Source of the DNA: a virus
DNA length: 64,000 nucleotides
Virus record (IMG/VR): IMGVR_UViG_3300007512_000025
Location: 1 to 64,000 of that record
Strand: one strand, 5' to 3'
Shown: positions 19,786-27,528 of the stretch, one piece after another
How positions within the stretch are numbered: position 1 is the stretch's first letter
Layout of the letters: every line of letters begins with the position of its first letter
Position numbers and translations under genes: made by a program
Notes under the pieces: generated by a model
Seen by the model: only the letters and a program-made list of their open reading frames with translations
What the model was told of the DNA's origin: nothing
Databases searched by the model: none

Positions 19786-21198
19786 ATGTCAAAGTTAACA
19801 GCAAAGAAAGTTAAGAAACGGATTAAAAGGTACGGTATTAAGAAGGGCAGGGTAGGCGACCCCAGTCTTATCCCAGTTGGCGTCAACGAGTTGGGAGCAA
19901 AGGACTTGTTTATTCAAAAAGGGCTTTACGCCACCACTTCATATCCAGATTTTGCTCCAACACCGTTGGATACATTTCATAAATATAATAATCTTTATGG
20001 CAGAGTTGATGACAGCATGAATCCAATTTTCTTAGCTGAAGATAATTTAAAACAGTTGCCAATGGGACCGAGTGGGGATACAATGTTCGCTCTGGGTTTT
20101 GTTGCGGAAGCTTTCAAGGACTTGCAAAAATATTTTAAAAATGCCGTCGCCACAGGGCGAGTGTCAGAAGCAGACACCGCTTATCCAACTCCAGAAGCGT
20201 TGCAGGCGTGGAGTACGGACACGGGCGTCCACGCTAAGTATAACCTTTATTGGGAAAGTTTGTATACAACATTTGTTGGAAAATATATGGACTCATTCTT
20301 GAATCAAAAAATCCGCAATTTTGATGATTTTGTAAAAGTGTTTTTGGGGTACACCACGACGTTGGCTTATTCAAAGCCCGTCACCCGGGTGGCGTTCCTC
20401 ACTTCTAATAAGATAGACCCCCGCGCATCTGGTCTTGTGATAGATATGTACTCGGGAGAGCATGATGATGACTATGCCAAGTATACCGGATTCATTCGCG
20501 ACCAAAACTTTTCTTTCTTTGCCAGAAGCTGTGAACGCTTCGGCTTTTATGTTAATAAAAATGCTCCTTGGCGCATTTGTGCTGACATTACTAATCCGTA
20601 CATGCAAGAAAAACTCAAGCAATTCGGGATGGAATCCGAAAAGGAATTTTTCACCACTTATTACCTGAAGGCGTCAAATTATGAATTAGATAACTTGAAG
20701 ATAAGGTTGTTTCAAGTCTACGATTTGTTTTTAAAGCAATATCCAGACGTAACAACCCTTTCTCCCTCAACCGCCCCAGAGATAGCTGCATCGTTTGTGC
20801 CGGGAAGGAAAAAAGATGGGGGTATCAAGACGATTATTACTTATCAGCAACGAGAGACAATGACGTTTGAAGAATTGAACAGGAGGTTCCCAGATGAATA
20901 TTGGATGAGGCTTTATATTTACCTGAGAGCAGTCGAAACCCACAAGACCTATACCCAAATAGAGTTTGATAGAACAGTGAGGGTCGCCTGTGAATATATG
21001 AATTATGTTGGATTGTGGAGGGCGATTGAATATACTGATGAGGTCTTTCGTCTAACAGACAATGAGATTTACGAACAGCGGACAAGCCCGCTCTATGAAA
21101 AAACTTTGAAAAAAGACTTGACAGCCGAAGATGAGTGTGTTACATTATCAAGTAATATAAATGAAGTCAGAAGTTCCAGACCCAGTTTCTATTTTTAA
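19786..21198 (+). CDS. Hypothetical protein (end of structural operon)
   Basis: 470-aa ORF with SD GGAGG; no motif recognised. Confidence 0.75.
   Translation: MSKLTAKKVKKRIKRYGIKKGRVGDPSLIPVGVNELGAKDLFIQKGLYATTSYPDFAPTPLDTFHKYNNLYGRVDDSMNPIFLAEDNLKQLPMGPSGDTMFALGFVAEAFKDLQKYFKNAVATGRVSEADTAYPTPEALQAWSTDTGVHAKYNLYWESLYTTFVGKYMDSFLNQKIRNFDDFVKVFLGYTTTLAYSKPVTRVAFLTSNKIDPRASGLVIDMYSGEHDDDYAKYTGFIRDQNFSFFARSCERFGFYVNKNAPWRICADITNPYMQEKLKQFGMESEKEFFTTYYLKASNYELDNLKIRLFQVYDLFLKQYPDVTTLSPSTAPEIAASFVPGRKKDGGIKTIITYQQRETMTFEELNRRFPDEYWMRLYIYLRAVETHKTYTQIEFDRTVRVACEYMNYVGLWRAIEYTDEVFRLTDNEIYEQRTSPLYEKTLKKDLTAEDECVTLSSNINEVRSSRPSFYF
21118..21146 (+). promoter_or_regulatory. Sigma70-like promoter for polA-like/tubulin operon (inside upstream CDS)
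   Basis: TTGACA-N17-TACATT with TG extension. Confidence 0.55.
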
Positions 21199-21207
21199 AG
21201 GTGATTA

Positions 21208-22392
21208 ATGCTGTTTCAGACACTTGATGACAAGGCAGAGTGCTTTGGCATATATGCGGATGGTCATGTCTACTATGAGAACCTTCCAAACGACCTGACA
21301 AGGACGTGGAATTATTCAAGCCACCTCGGTGCGGCACCGATTGAGTACGCTCAGATGCTCTGTGGCGGTCGTTCGCTGGCAGAAGTATGCCCAGCCCACC
21401 TCAAGCCAGAGTGGGAAGCTGTCACTCATCAGATGAGGGCATATTTAAATTCTTTTCGTGAAGCTAAAATTTCGCTCAATGAACATTGCTTCTATAACTT
21501 GGTTCCCGAGCGTTTTCTGGTTGATTTGTGTGAGGCTAAAAATAGTATTTGTGAATTTGTTTTTGAAAATTATCAGAAGCCAGAAAACTATGATTTCATG
21601 ATGGATGTTGTTCGCCTCACCACGGATATAAACAATCATCGCCTCTGTATCGACAAGCATCCCATGCGCTCTCGGCTCGGCACTCATCAGGGTCGCCTCT
21701 TGTGGCGCACCTTGGACGCTATGAGTCGCTATATTAAATACAATGCGTATGGCACCAAGACCGGGCGGCTCTCAACAGTCAAGGGAAGCTTCCCAATACT
21801 GACATTGAATAAAGATTTTCGCAGCATCTTGGTTCCAAACAATGACTGGCTGGTCGAACTTGATTTCAATGCCGCTGAGTTGAGGACGCTCCTTGGCTTG
21901 TCTGGGCTGCAACAGCCAGTCGATGACATTCACATGTGGAATGTAAAAAACGTATACGCTGGGCAACTCACTAGAGATGAGGCAAAGCAGAAGATATTTG
22001 CATGGCTCTACAACCCCGAGGCGACTGACACTAGATGTAGCAAGGCATACAAGAGGGGCGAAGTCTTGGGAGAGTATTGGGACGGGCAGACAGTTGCGAC
22101 TCCATTTAATAGGAAAATTCCTGCCGACAAGAAACATGCGCTCAACTATTTAATACAAAGCACCTCCAGCGATGTCTTTTTAGACCGAGCGGTGGCTGTT
22201 CATGAATTTCTTAAAGACAAGAAAAGTCATATTTCAATGCTCATTCACGACAGCATTGTTCTTGACTTGGCTGAGTGTGATATGCCCGAGTTGAAAAAAA
22301 TTGTTAACATTTTCTCTGAAACGCGGTATGGTAAGTACAAGGTTGGCGTTAGTGCTGGAAAGACCTTTGGTGATTTGCGGAGGATTCGATGA
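21208..22392 (+). CDS. polA: Minimal family A DNA polymerase (polymerase domain only)
   Basis: TGRLS, motif A ELDFNAAELR, motif B RDEAK..IF..LY, ALNYLIQS, motif C IHDS. Confidence 0.85.
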   Translation: MLFQTLDDKAECFGIYADGHVYYENLPNDLTRTWNYSSHLGAAPIEYAQMLCGGRSLAEVCPAHLKPEWEAVTHQMRAYLNSFREAKISLNEHCFYNLVPERFLVDLCEAKNSICEFVFENYQKPENYDFMMDVVRLTTDINNHRLCIDKHPMRSRLGTHQGRLLWRTLDAMSRYIKYNAYGTKTGRLSTVKGSFPILTLNKDFRSILVPNNDWLVELDFNAAELRTLLGLSGLQQPVDDIHMWNVKNVYAGQLTRDEAKQKIFAWLYNPEATDTRCSKAYKRGEVLGEYWDGQTVATPFNRKIPADKKHALNYLIQSTSSDVFLDRAVAVHEFLKDKKSHISMLIHDSIVLDLAECDMPELKKIVNIFSETRYGKYKVGVSAGKTFGDLRRIR

Positions 22393-23261
22393 ATGTTATT
22401 GGGCTTGGTTCTGCTGGCTGTGCTATCGCCGATTCTCTAGATAAATATTCGCAGTACGATATCTATAAGCTTGACAATGGTCTTGAGCGTAAAGGCAATA
22501 CATATCCAATCGCCATTCAACGGACACACGAAGAATATGATAAGGAGCCAATTAAGCTGACTCAGTTTATCTCGCGGATGAAGAAGTCTGATACGTTGCT
22601 CTTTATTCTTGGCGGCGGCGGTGCCATCTCTGGGGCGTCTTTGCAGGTATTGCGCCAGCTTCATAAGAAGTATCCGAATTCAATTGATATTATGTACATC
22701 AAGCCAGATGTGGAATTGCTTTCTGAACTCGGTCGGCTCAGGGACAGGGTTTGCTTTCGGGTTCTTCAGGAGTATGCAAGGTCAGGTGTCTTTCGTTCGA
22801 TTTTGCTGGTGAGCAATCCACACATTGAGGCTGCGATTGGTGATGTGCCAATAAAAAATTATTATGAAAATATGAATAATTTTATCGCCTATGCGTATCA
22901 TATGCAGAACGTCTTTAGAAACACCCAGCCAGAGATTTCATCTTTGTCCAGTAGCAAGCCCGAACATGTGCGACTGTGGACGCTTGGAGTTTTGGACGTA
23001 GAAAAAAATGAAGAAAAATTGTTTTTTCCCCTTGACAAGCCCACCGAGAAGTGTTATTATTATGGCATCAATGAAGAAAGGCTGGAAACAGATGGGAAAC
23101 TACTAAGAGAAATACGGAAACAGGTTAAGGCTAACTCAGAACAGGCTGGGGCACCGTGTTCGTATGCCATCCACTCTACATCTTATGAAGATGATATGGC
23201 ATATGTAACTTGCTGGTCGAGTCAAATTCAGGCGTACCCTGAAAACTATCAAAGCTTATAA
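22389..23261 (+). CDS. Tubulin/FtsZ-family (PhuZ-like) protein, divergent
   Basis: N-terminal VIGLGSAGCAIA, degenerate signature LGGGGAISGAS, I.P, LVSN, N..IA. Confidence 0.75.
   Translation: MNVIGLGSAGCAIADSLDKYSQYDIYKLDNGLERKGNTYPIAIQRTHEEYDKEPIKLTQFISRMKKSDTLLFILGGGGAISGASLQVLRQLHKKYPNSIDIMYIKPDVELLSELGRLRDRVCFRVLQEYARSGVFRSILLVSNPHIEAAIGDVPIKNYYENMNNFIAYAYHMQNVFRNTQPEISSLSSSKPEHVRLWTLGVLDVEKNEEKLFFPLDKPTEKCYYYGINEERLETDGKLLREIRKQVKANSEQAGAPCSYAIHSTSYEDDMAYVTCWSSQIQAYPENYQSL
23032..23060 (+). promoter_or_regulatory. Sigma70-like promoter within tubulin CDS
   Basis: TTGACA-N17-TATTAT with TG. Confidence 0.5.
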
Positions 23262-23279
23262 AGCAAAAGGAAGAAGAAA

Positions 23280-23558
23280 ATGAAAATTCTATTGACTAGT
23301 ATTATTATTGCAGCAGGGTTGGCAGCGTCCACTCCCGCAGAGGCACACCCTCCACCAACAGGGCCAAGCGTAGAAGTGCGCCTTGTGTGGGTATGGGTGC
23401 CAGCGTATGTTGAACGAGGCATCCGTGTCCGTGGGCAGTGGCGACACGTCCAGTATGGAAGCAGCGTCCACCTTCGGCACCGTCACCACCGACCAGTGGC
23501 TCGCCACGTCCACGCTCCCCGTGGTCGGCACCACGCTCACCCAAGACGGCACCGATAA
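23280..23558 (+). CDS. Secreted His/Arg-rich protein, YXWGXW-repeat-like
   Basis: Signal peptide ending AEA; WVWVPAY...RVRGQWR. Confidence 0.65.
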   Translation: MKILLTSIIIAAGLAASTPAEAHPPPTGPSVEVRLVWVWVPAYVERGIRVRGQWRHVQYGSSVHLRHRHHRPVARHVHAPRGRHHAHPRRHR

Positions 23559-23585
23559 TTTATTTTAAAAAAGTGAAAAAAGTCC

Positions 23586-23614
23586 TTGACAAGACTTGCA
23601 GCACATGTTATATT
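23586..23614 (+). promoter_or_regulatory. Sigma70-like promoter
   Basis: A-rich UP tract, TTGACA-N17-TATATT, TG extension, intergenic. Confidence 0.8.
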
Positions 23615-23649
23615 GTTATCACATTCAAACACAAAGAAAGGAGAGTTGA

Positions 23650-23946
23650 ATGATTGCACAGCGCGGAACCTTCGTTAAAGCCAACGGGGAGGAACGACAG
23701 ATGAACTTTGTTCGTCTGGACAACCTGCCAGATAGCTTTATGGATAAGAACACACTTGGGACTGGCACTGCGCCAAGTCTATCAGAGGGGCAAGAGCTTG
23801 TCTGGGACTTGGATGCTAGTGGCTTCCGTGTGTTCAACTGGAAGACAGCTATCGGTGATGTCATCGAATACAGGCTTCCAAACAAGCAAGAAGTTTCTTC
23901 AGAAAATTCTGAGATTCCTCTTAACAACACGACGGAAATCGTGTAA
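23650..23946 (+). CDS. Hypothetical protein (small SH3/WYL-like beta fold)
   Basis: SD AAGGAG; F.KANGE.R.M...VWDLD..GFR.FNW pattern. Confidence 0.75.
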   Translation: MIAQRGTFVKANGEERQMNFVRLDNLPDSFMDKNTLGTGTAPSLSEGQELVWDLDASGFRVFNWKTAIGDVIEYRLPNKQEVSSENSEIPLNNTTEIV

Positions 23947-24025
23947 AATACAAACCAGATGCTCGGAAGATTTGCCGAGTATACTAAAGGGTAATTTACC
24001 CGCCATTAACACAAAGGAGAATAAA

Positions 24026-24793
24026 ATGGCTATTGATATGAGCAAAATGAAGTCGAAGCTGAATTCGGTACAAAACCGTGGGAGTTCACGCACTTCACAA
24101 TTCTGGCGTCCCTCGGACGGGGACCAGACTATTCGCATCGTTCCAACTGCGGACGGCGACCCCTTCAAGGAGTATTGGTTCCACTATAATGTGGGCAAGA
24201 ATGCAGGCTTCTTGAGTCCCAAGAAGAATTTTGGCGAGGATGACCCACTGGATTCATTCGTTCGTCAACTCTTTAATGAGGGCACTGAAGAAAGCATCAA
24301 GATGGCTAAGAACTTGATGGCGCGTCAGCGTTTCTTCTCTCCCGTCATTGTTCGGGGCGAGGAAGCCAAGGGCGTCCGTATCTGGGGCTATGGTAGGACT
24401 GTGTACGAGCAGCTTCTCAACCTTGTCCTCAATCCAGAGTATGGGGATATTACTGACCCCGATTCTGGCACAGACCTTCACCTAAATTACGGGAAGCCTG
24501 CTGGCGCATCCTTTCCGCAGACTAAGCTGATGCCATCTCGTCGTACTTCTACTATCTGCCCAAATATTACTGAGGCAGAATGTGCGGAGTTGCTTGAGTC
24601 TATTCCAGACTTCGGTACACTCTTTGAGAAGAAGTCTTCAGAAGACGTACAGCGTATGCTGGACGAATATCTGGCTGATGACGAGTCGGCAGAGGACATG
24701 TCCACTGAAACAAATCGCTATGGCGGCAACACTACCTCCCAAAGCAGCACTGCCAATAGCGTTGAAAGCGCATTCAACGAACTTCTTGGGTGA
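24026..24793 (+). CDS. Single-stranded DNA-binding protein (T4 gp32-like)
   Basis: SD AAGGAG before ATG 24026; FWRP....TIRIVP, YGDITDP..G.D, acidic C-terminus ending AFNELLG. Confidence 0.85.
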   Translation: MAIDMSKMKSKLNSVQNRGSSRTSQFWRPSDGDQTIRIVPTADGDPFKEYWFHYNVGKNAGFLSPKKNFGEDDPLDSFVRQLFNEGTEESIKMAKNLMARQRFFSPVIVRGEEAKGVRIWGYGRTVYEQLLNLVLNPEYGDITDPDSGTDLHLNYGKPAGASFPQTKLMPSRRTSTICPNITEAECAELLESIPDFGTLFEKKSSEDVQRMLDEYLADDESAEDMSTETNRYGGNTTSQSSTANSVESAFNELLG

Positions 24794-24802
24794 TAGCTTT
24801 TA

Positions 24803-24838
24803 TGACCCACGGGGGGGCACAGGGTTATCAGGTGCCCC
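24803..24838 (+). ncRNA. H-type pseudoknot RNA motif, copy 1
   Basis: TGACCC-ACGGG-GGGGCAC-A-GGGTTA-TCAG-GTGCCCC. Confidence 0.7.
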
Positions 24839-24849
24839 ACACTTTTACA

Positions 24850-24885
24850 ATACCCACAGGCAGGCACAGGGTTATCAGGTGCCTG
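24850..24885 (+). ncRNA. H-type pseudoknot RNA motif, copy 2
   Basis: ATACCC-ACAGG-CAGGCAC-A-GGGTTA-TCAG-GTGCCTG. Confidence 0.7.
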
Positions 24886-24911
24886 ATTTAACAATAAAGG
24901 AATTTTTTATT

Positions 24912-25370
24912 ATGAACGCAAAAAGCGGAAACTCAGTCACCGTCCACTACACTGGAACACTGGATGATGGCACAGAATTTGATACCTCCCGAGGGAGAGA
25001 ACCAGTCACCTTTACTCTAGGCTCTGGGCAGTTGATTTCTGGCTTCGATACTGCTGTCACTGGAATGACAGTGGGTGAGGTCAAGGAGGTTGTTCTGTCG
25101 CCAGCAGAGGCATACGGCGAGACGAACCCAGAGTTGACTCAGACGGTTTCACAGCAAGCCTTCCCAGAGGGCTTTGAGTTTGTCGTTGGTGGACAGGTTA
25201 TGGGTCAAAGCCCACAAGGTCCAGTCATGGCGACCATCTTGGAACTTGAGGACAACGAGGTCAAGCTTGATATGAATCATCCGATGGCAGGTAAGAATCT
25301 TAATTTTAAAATTGAGGTTGTTTCTATCGAAGAATCGGCTGAAGGTGGTGCGGCTGCATCAGAAGAATAA
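24912..25370 (+). CDS. FKBP-type peptidyl-prolyl isomerase (SlyD/SlpA-like)
   Basis: VTVHYTGTLDDGTEFDTS, GQLISGFD, PAEAYGE, LDMNHPMAGKNLNF. Confidence 0.95.
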   Translation: MNAKSGNSVTVHYTGTLDDGTEFDTSRGREPVTFTLGSGQLISGFDTAVTGMTVGEVKEVVLSPAEAYGETNPELTQTVSQQAFPEGFEFVVGGQVMGQSPQGPVMATILELEDNEVKLDMNHPMAGKNLNFKIEVVSIEESAEGGAAASEE

Positions 25371-25376
25371 TTTAGA

Positions 25377-25409
25377 TATCCGCAGGGAGGCACGGGATAC
25401 AGGTGCCTC
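25377..25409 (+). ncRNA. H-type pseudoknot RNA motif, copy 3
   Basis: TATCC-GCAGG-GAGGCAC-G-GGATA-CAG-GTGCCTC; compensatory changes in both stems. Confidence 0.7.
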
Positions 25410-25432
25410 AAATTCATTAGGAGAAAAATAAA

Positions 25433-25567
25433 ATGATGAAAATGATGAAGGTTGTTACCATCCTACCCCTCGCGCTAATGCTGGCGTGTGGTGATAAGGA
25501 TGAGCAAGACAGCGGTTCCGATAGTGGAGTCGTAGAAGAAGGTGGCGACACCGGAGGGGCAGAGTAA
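25433..25567 (+). CDS. Small acidic lipoprotein (44 aa, not in ORF track)
   Basis: SD AGGAG; MMKMMKVVTILPLALMLA-CGDKDEQDSGSDSG...GDTGGAE; stop overlaps next ATG. Confidence 0.7.
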   Translation: MMKMMKVVTILPLALMLACGDKDEQDSGSDSGVVEEGGDTGGAE

Positions 25568-25818
25568 TGACTGCAATTTTTACTAATCGTTGGGTTCAGG
25601 CAGGCTTGGCTGTATCAGCAATTATCGTTGGAGTGTTGGTTTTTAACCATAGCGAAGACGCTACTGTTGCTACAACTGAGGCGGCTCAGACACCAGTTAC
25701 AACCGTTGCATCGCCAGATAATGCCGATGCAGCAGCAACGACGGAGGCGAGCCTTGAGACTATCGAGCCTGTCACCGAAGATGCTGAAGCGGCTGAAACC
25801 ACAGAAGCGACTGAGTAG
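25567..25818 (+). CDS. Small membrane-anchored Ala/Thr/Glu-rich protein
   Basis: N-terminal TM helix plus low-complexity tail. Confidence 0.65.
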   Translation: MTAIFTNRWVQAGLAVSAIIVGVLVFNHSEDATVATTEAAQTPVTTVASPDNADAAATTEASLETIEPVTEDAEAAETTEATE

Positions 25819-25825
25819 TATATCA

Positions 25826-25861
25826 TAACCCACAGGGGGGCACAGGGTTAACAGGTGTCCC
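25826..25861 (+). ncRNA. H-type pseudoknot RNA motif, copy 4
   Basis: TAACCC-ACAGG-GGGGCAC-A-GGGTTA-ACAG-GTGTCCC. Confidence 0.7.
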
Positions 25862-25892
25862 ACTTTCTAATTTTAATAATAGTGGAGATTGC

Positions 25893-27026
25893 ATGATGGC
25901 AACGAAAAAAACAAAGGTTGGCAAACTTTCTATTGCCGATATGCGTAAGATGATTAATAAGCGAGCGGGTCAAGACGTTGCTTACAATCTCACAGAGGAT
26001 AACCCAACGGAAGTTAAGCAGTGGATTCCCACTGGTGCCCGTTGGCTTGATAGTATTATCTGTCGAGGGCAATTGGCTGGAATTCCAGTCGGTAAGGTTA
26101 CTGAGATTGCGGGGCTTCAGTCTACTGGTAAATCGTACATGGCTGCACAAGTCGCAGCTAACGCTCAAAAGCAAGACATTGATGTGGTGTACTTTGATGC
26201 GGAGTCTGCGATTGACCCCGGCTTCTTAGAGAAGGCTGGCTGCGACTTGGAAAAGATTCTTTATGTTCAAGCCGAGTCGGTCGAGTTCGTCTTGGAGACT
26301 ATTGAAGATTTGCTTGGGTCGGCAGAAAATAAACTCTTGTTTATCTGGGACTCGCTGGCGCTGACACCAAGCACTACGGACATCGCAGGAGACTTTAACC
26401 CGCTGAGTTCTATGGCTGTGAAGCCACGAATTCTCTCAAAGGGCATGGCTAAGTTGGTTCAGCCTATTGCCAATGCCGAGGCTACCCTGCTTGTACTCAA
26501 CCAGTTGAAGACAAATATTACTAGTAATGTTGCAGAGGCAATGACCACCCCATACTTTACACCGGGCGGCAAGGCGATGCACTATACTTACAGCTTGAGG
26601 ATTTGGCTTACGGGTCGCAAGGCTAAGGCATCGTTCATTATGGATGACCATGGCTTTCGGATTGGCTCCGAGGTCAAAGTTAAACTTGAGAAGTCGCGGT
26701 TCGGAACGCAGGGCAGGCAGTGTGCCTTTAAGATTCTCTGGGGCGACGATGTGGGAATTAAGGATAGGGATAGTTGGTTAGAAGCTGTCAAGGGTTCTAA
26801 GCACTTGACATCTGGCGGTGCGTGGTATACATTGACTCACAAGGACGGCACGACTGAAAAGTTTCAAAGCGCCACTTGGCTCCAGAAACTTGAAAATAAA
26901 AAGTTTTATGACCGTATCTTGGAGTTGATGGACGAAGAAATTATTCTTCGTTTCGACAGTCGAGAAGGTAATGCTTCCGACTTCTACGACATCGCCGACC
27001 AAGGAGGTGATGTATCAAAAAGTTAG
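25893..27026 (+). CDS. recA: RecA/UvsX recombinase
   Basis: GIPVGKVTEIAGLQSTGKS Walker A, YFDAESAID, IWDS, NQLK, TPGGKA. Confidence 0.95.
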   Translation: MMATKKTKVGKLSIADMRKMINKRAGQDVAYNLTEDNPTEVKQWIPTGARWLDSIICRGQLAGIPVGKVTEIAGLQSTGKSYMAAQVAANAQKQDIDVVYFDAESAIDPGFLEKAGCDLEKILYVQAESVEFVLETIEDLLGSAENKLLFIWDSLALTPSTTDIAGDFNPLSSMAVKPRILSKGMAKLVQPIANAEATLLVLNQLKTNITSNVAEAMTTPYFTPGGKAMHYTYSLRIWLTGRKAKASFIMDDHGFRIGSEVKVKLEKSRFGTQGRQCAFKILWGDDVGIKDRDSWLEAVKGSKHLTSGGAWYTLTHKDGTTEKFQSATWLQKLENKKFYDRILELMDEEIILRFDSREGNASDFYDIADQGGDVSKS

Positions 27027-27039
27027 TGAAAGAAAGTAC

Positions 27040-27069
27040 TTGACAGCTTGCCCTCACTTGTGCTATACT
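27040..27069 (+). promoter_or_regulatory. Sigma70-like promoter overlapping terminator
   Basis: TTGACA-N18-TATACT. Confidence 0.65.
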
Positions 27070-27094
27070 GTTGGTAACAAGTGGGGGTTTTTTT
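27051..27094 (+). terminator. Intrinsic terminator after recA
   Basis: CCCTCACTTGT...ACAAGTGGGGG followed by T7. Confidence 0.75.
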
Positions 27095-27138
27095 CTCACT
27101 GGGCGGTAACGGTGTGTAAAGAAACACGGGGCTTGAAG

Positions 27139-27528
27139 ATGGCGGCGAAAGTCGCAGAGCAGTCTGGGTATGAAACATTTCGTCACGGAGCAGTTTTGAT
27201 TCGGGGTGGCTCAGTTGTGAATGTCGCAGCGAACAGTGATAATCACACGTCGTTCGGTCAGAGATTTCGTCAGCGTCACCTTGGTCGAGCCACACATCAC
27301 GCTGAATTGGCATGTATCTTGGGGCTTGACAAGAGTATAACACAGGGGGGAACAGTCTATGTTGCCCGTATTAATAAAAATGGCGAGTGGAAAAATAGCA
27401 AACCCTGCTCGATGTGTCATGAGGTTATGAGTTATGTTGGCATTAAAAGAGTCGTATACACAGTTGGACCCAATGAATGGGGAACATATAAAATCGAGGA
27501 TGAAGATGAAAAGACTATTGGTTATTGA
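27139..27528 (+). CDS. Zn-dependent cytidine/dCMP deaminase-like protein (start uncertain: 27112 or 27139)
   Basis: HGAVL, HAE, PCSMC, GIKRVVY. Confidence 0.85.
   Translation: MAAKVAEQSGYETFRHGAVLIRGGSVVNVAANSDNHTSFGQRFRQRHLGRATHHAELACILGLDKSITQGGTVYVARINKNGEWKNSKPCSMCHEVMSYVGIKRVVYTVGPNEWGTYKIEDEDEKTIGY

Noticed and set aside
23708-24911. Long N-terminal extensions of ssb (from 23708) and the PPIase (from 24582)
   Set aside because: They overlap other genes or structured RNA; SD-like sequences support starts at 24026 and 24912
24803-25861. GGCAC...GTGCC repeats as a CRISPR array, terminators, pistol ribozyme or guanidine-III riboswitch
   Set aside because: Copies are separated by whole genes and vary with covariation, and no cas genes are present. 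Most lack a U-tract. ATCAGGTGC recalls the pistol 3' strand but the P1/P3 architecture is missing, and the loops differ from guanidine-III as I recall it. An Rfam search is still needed
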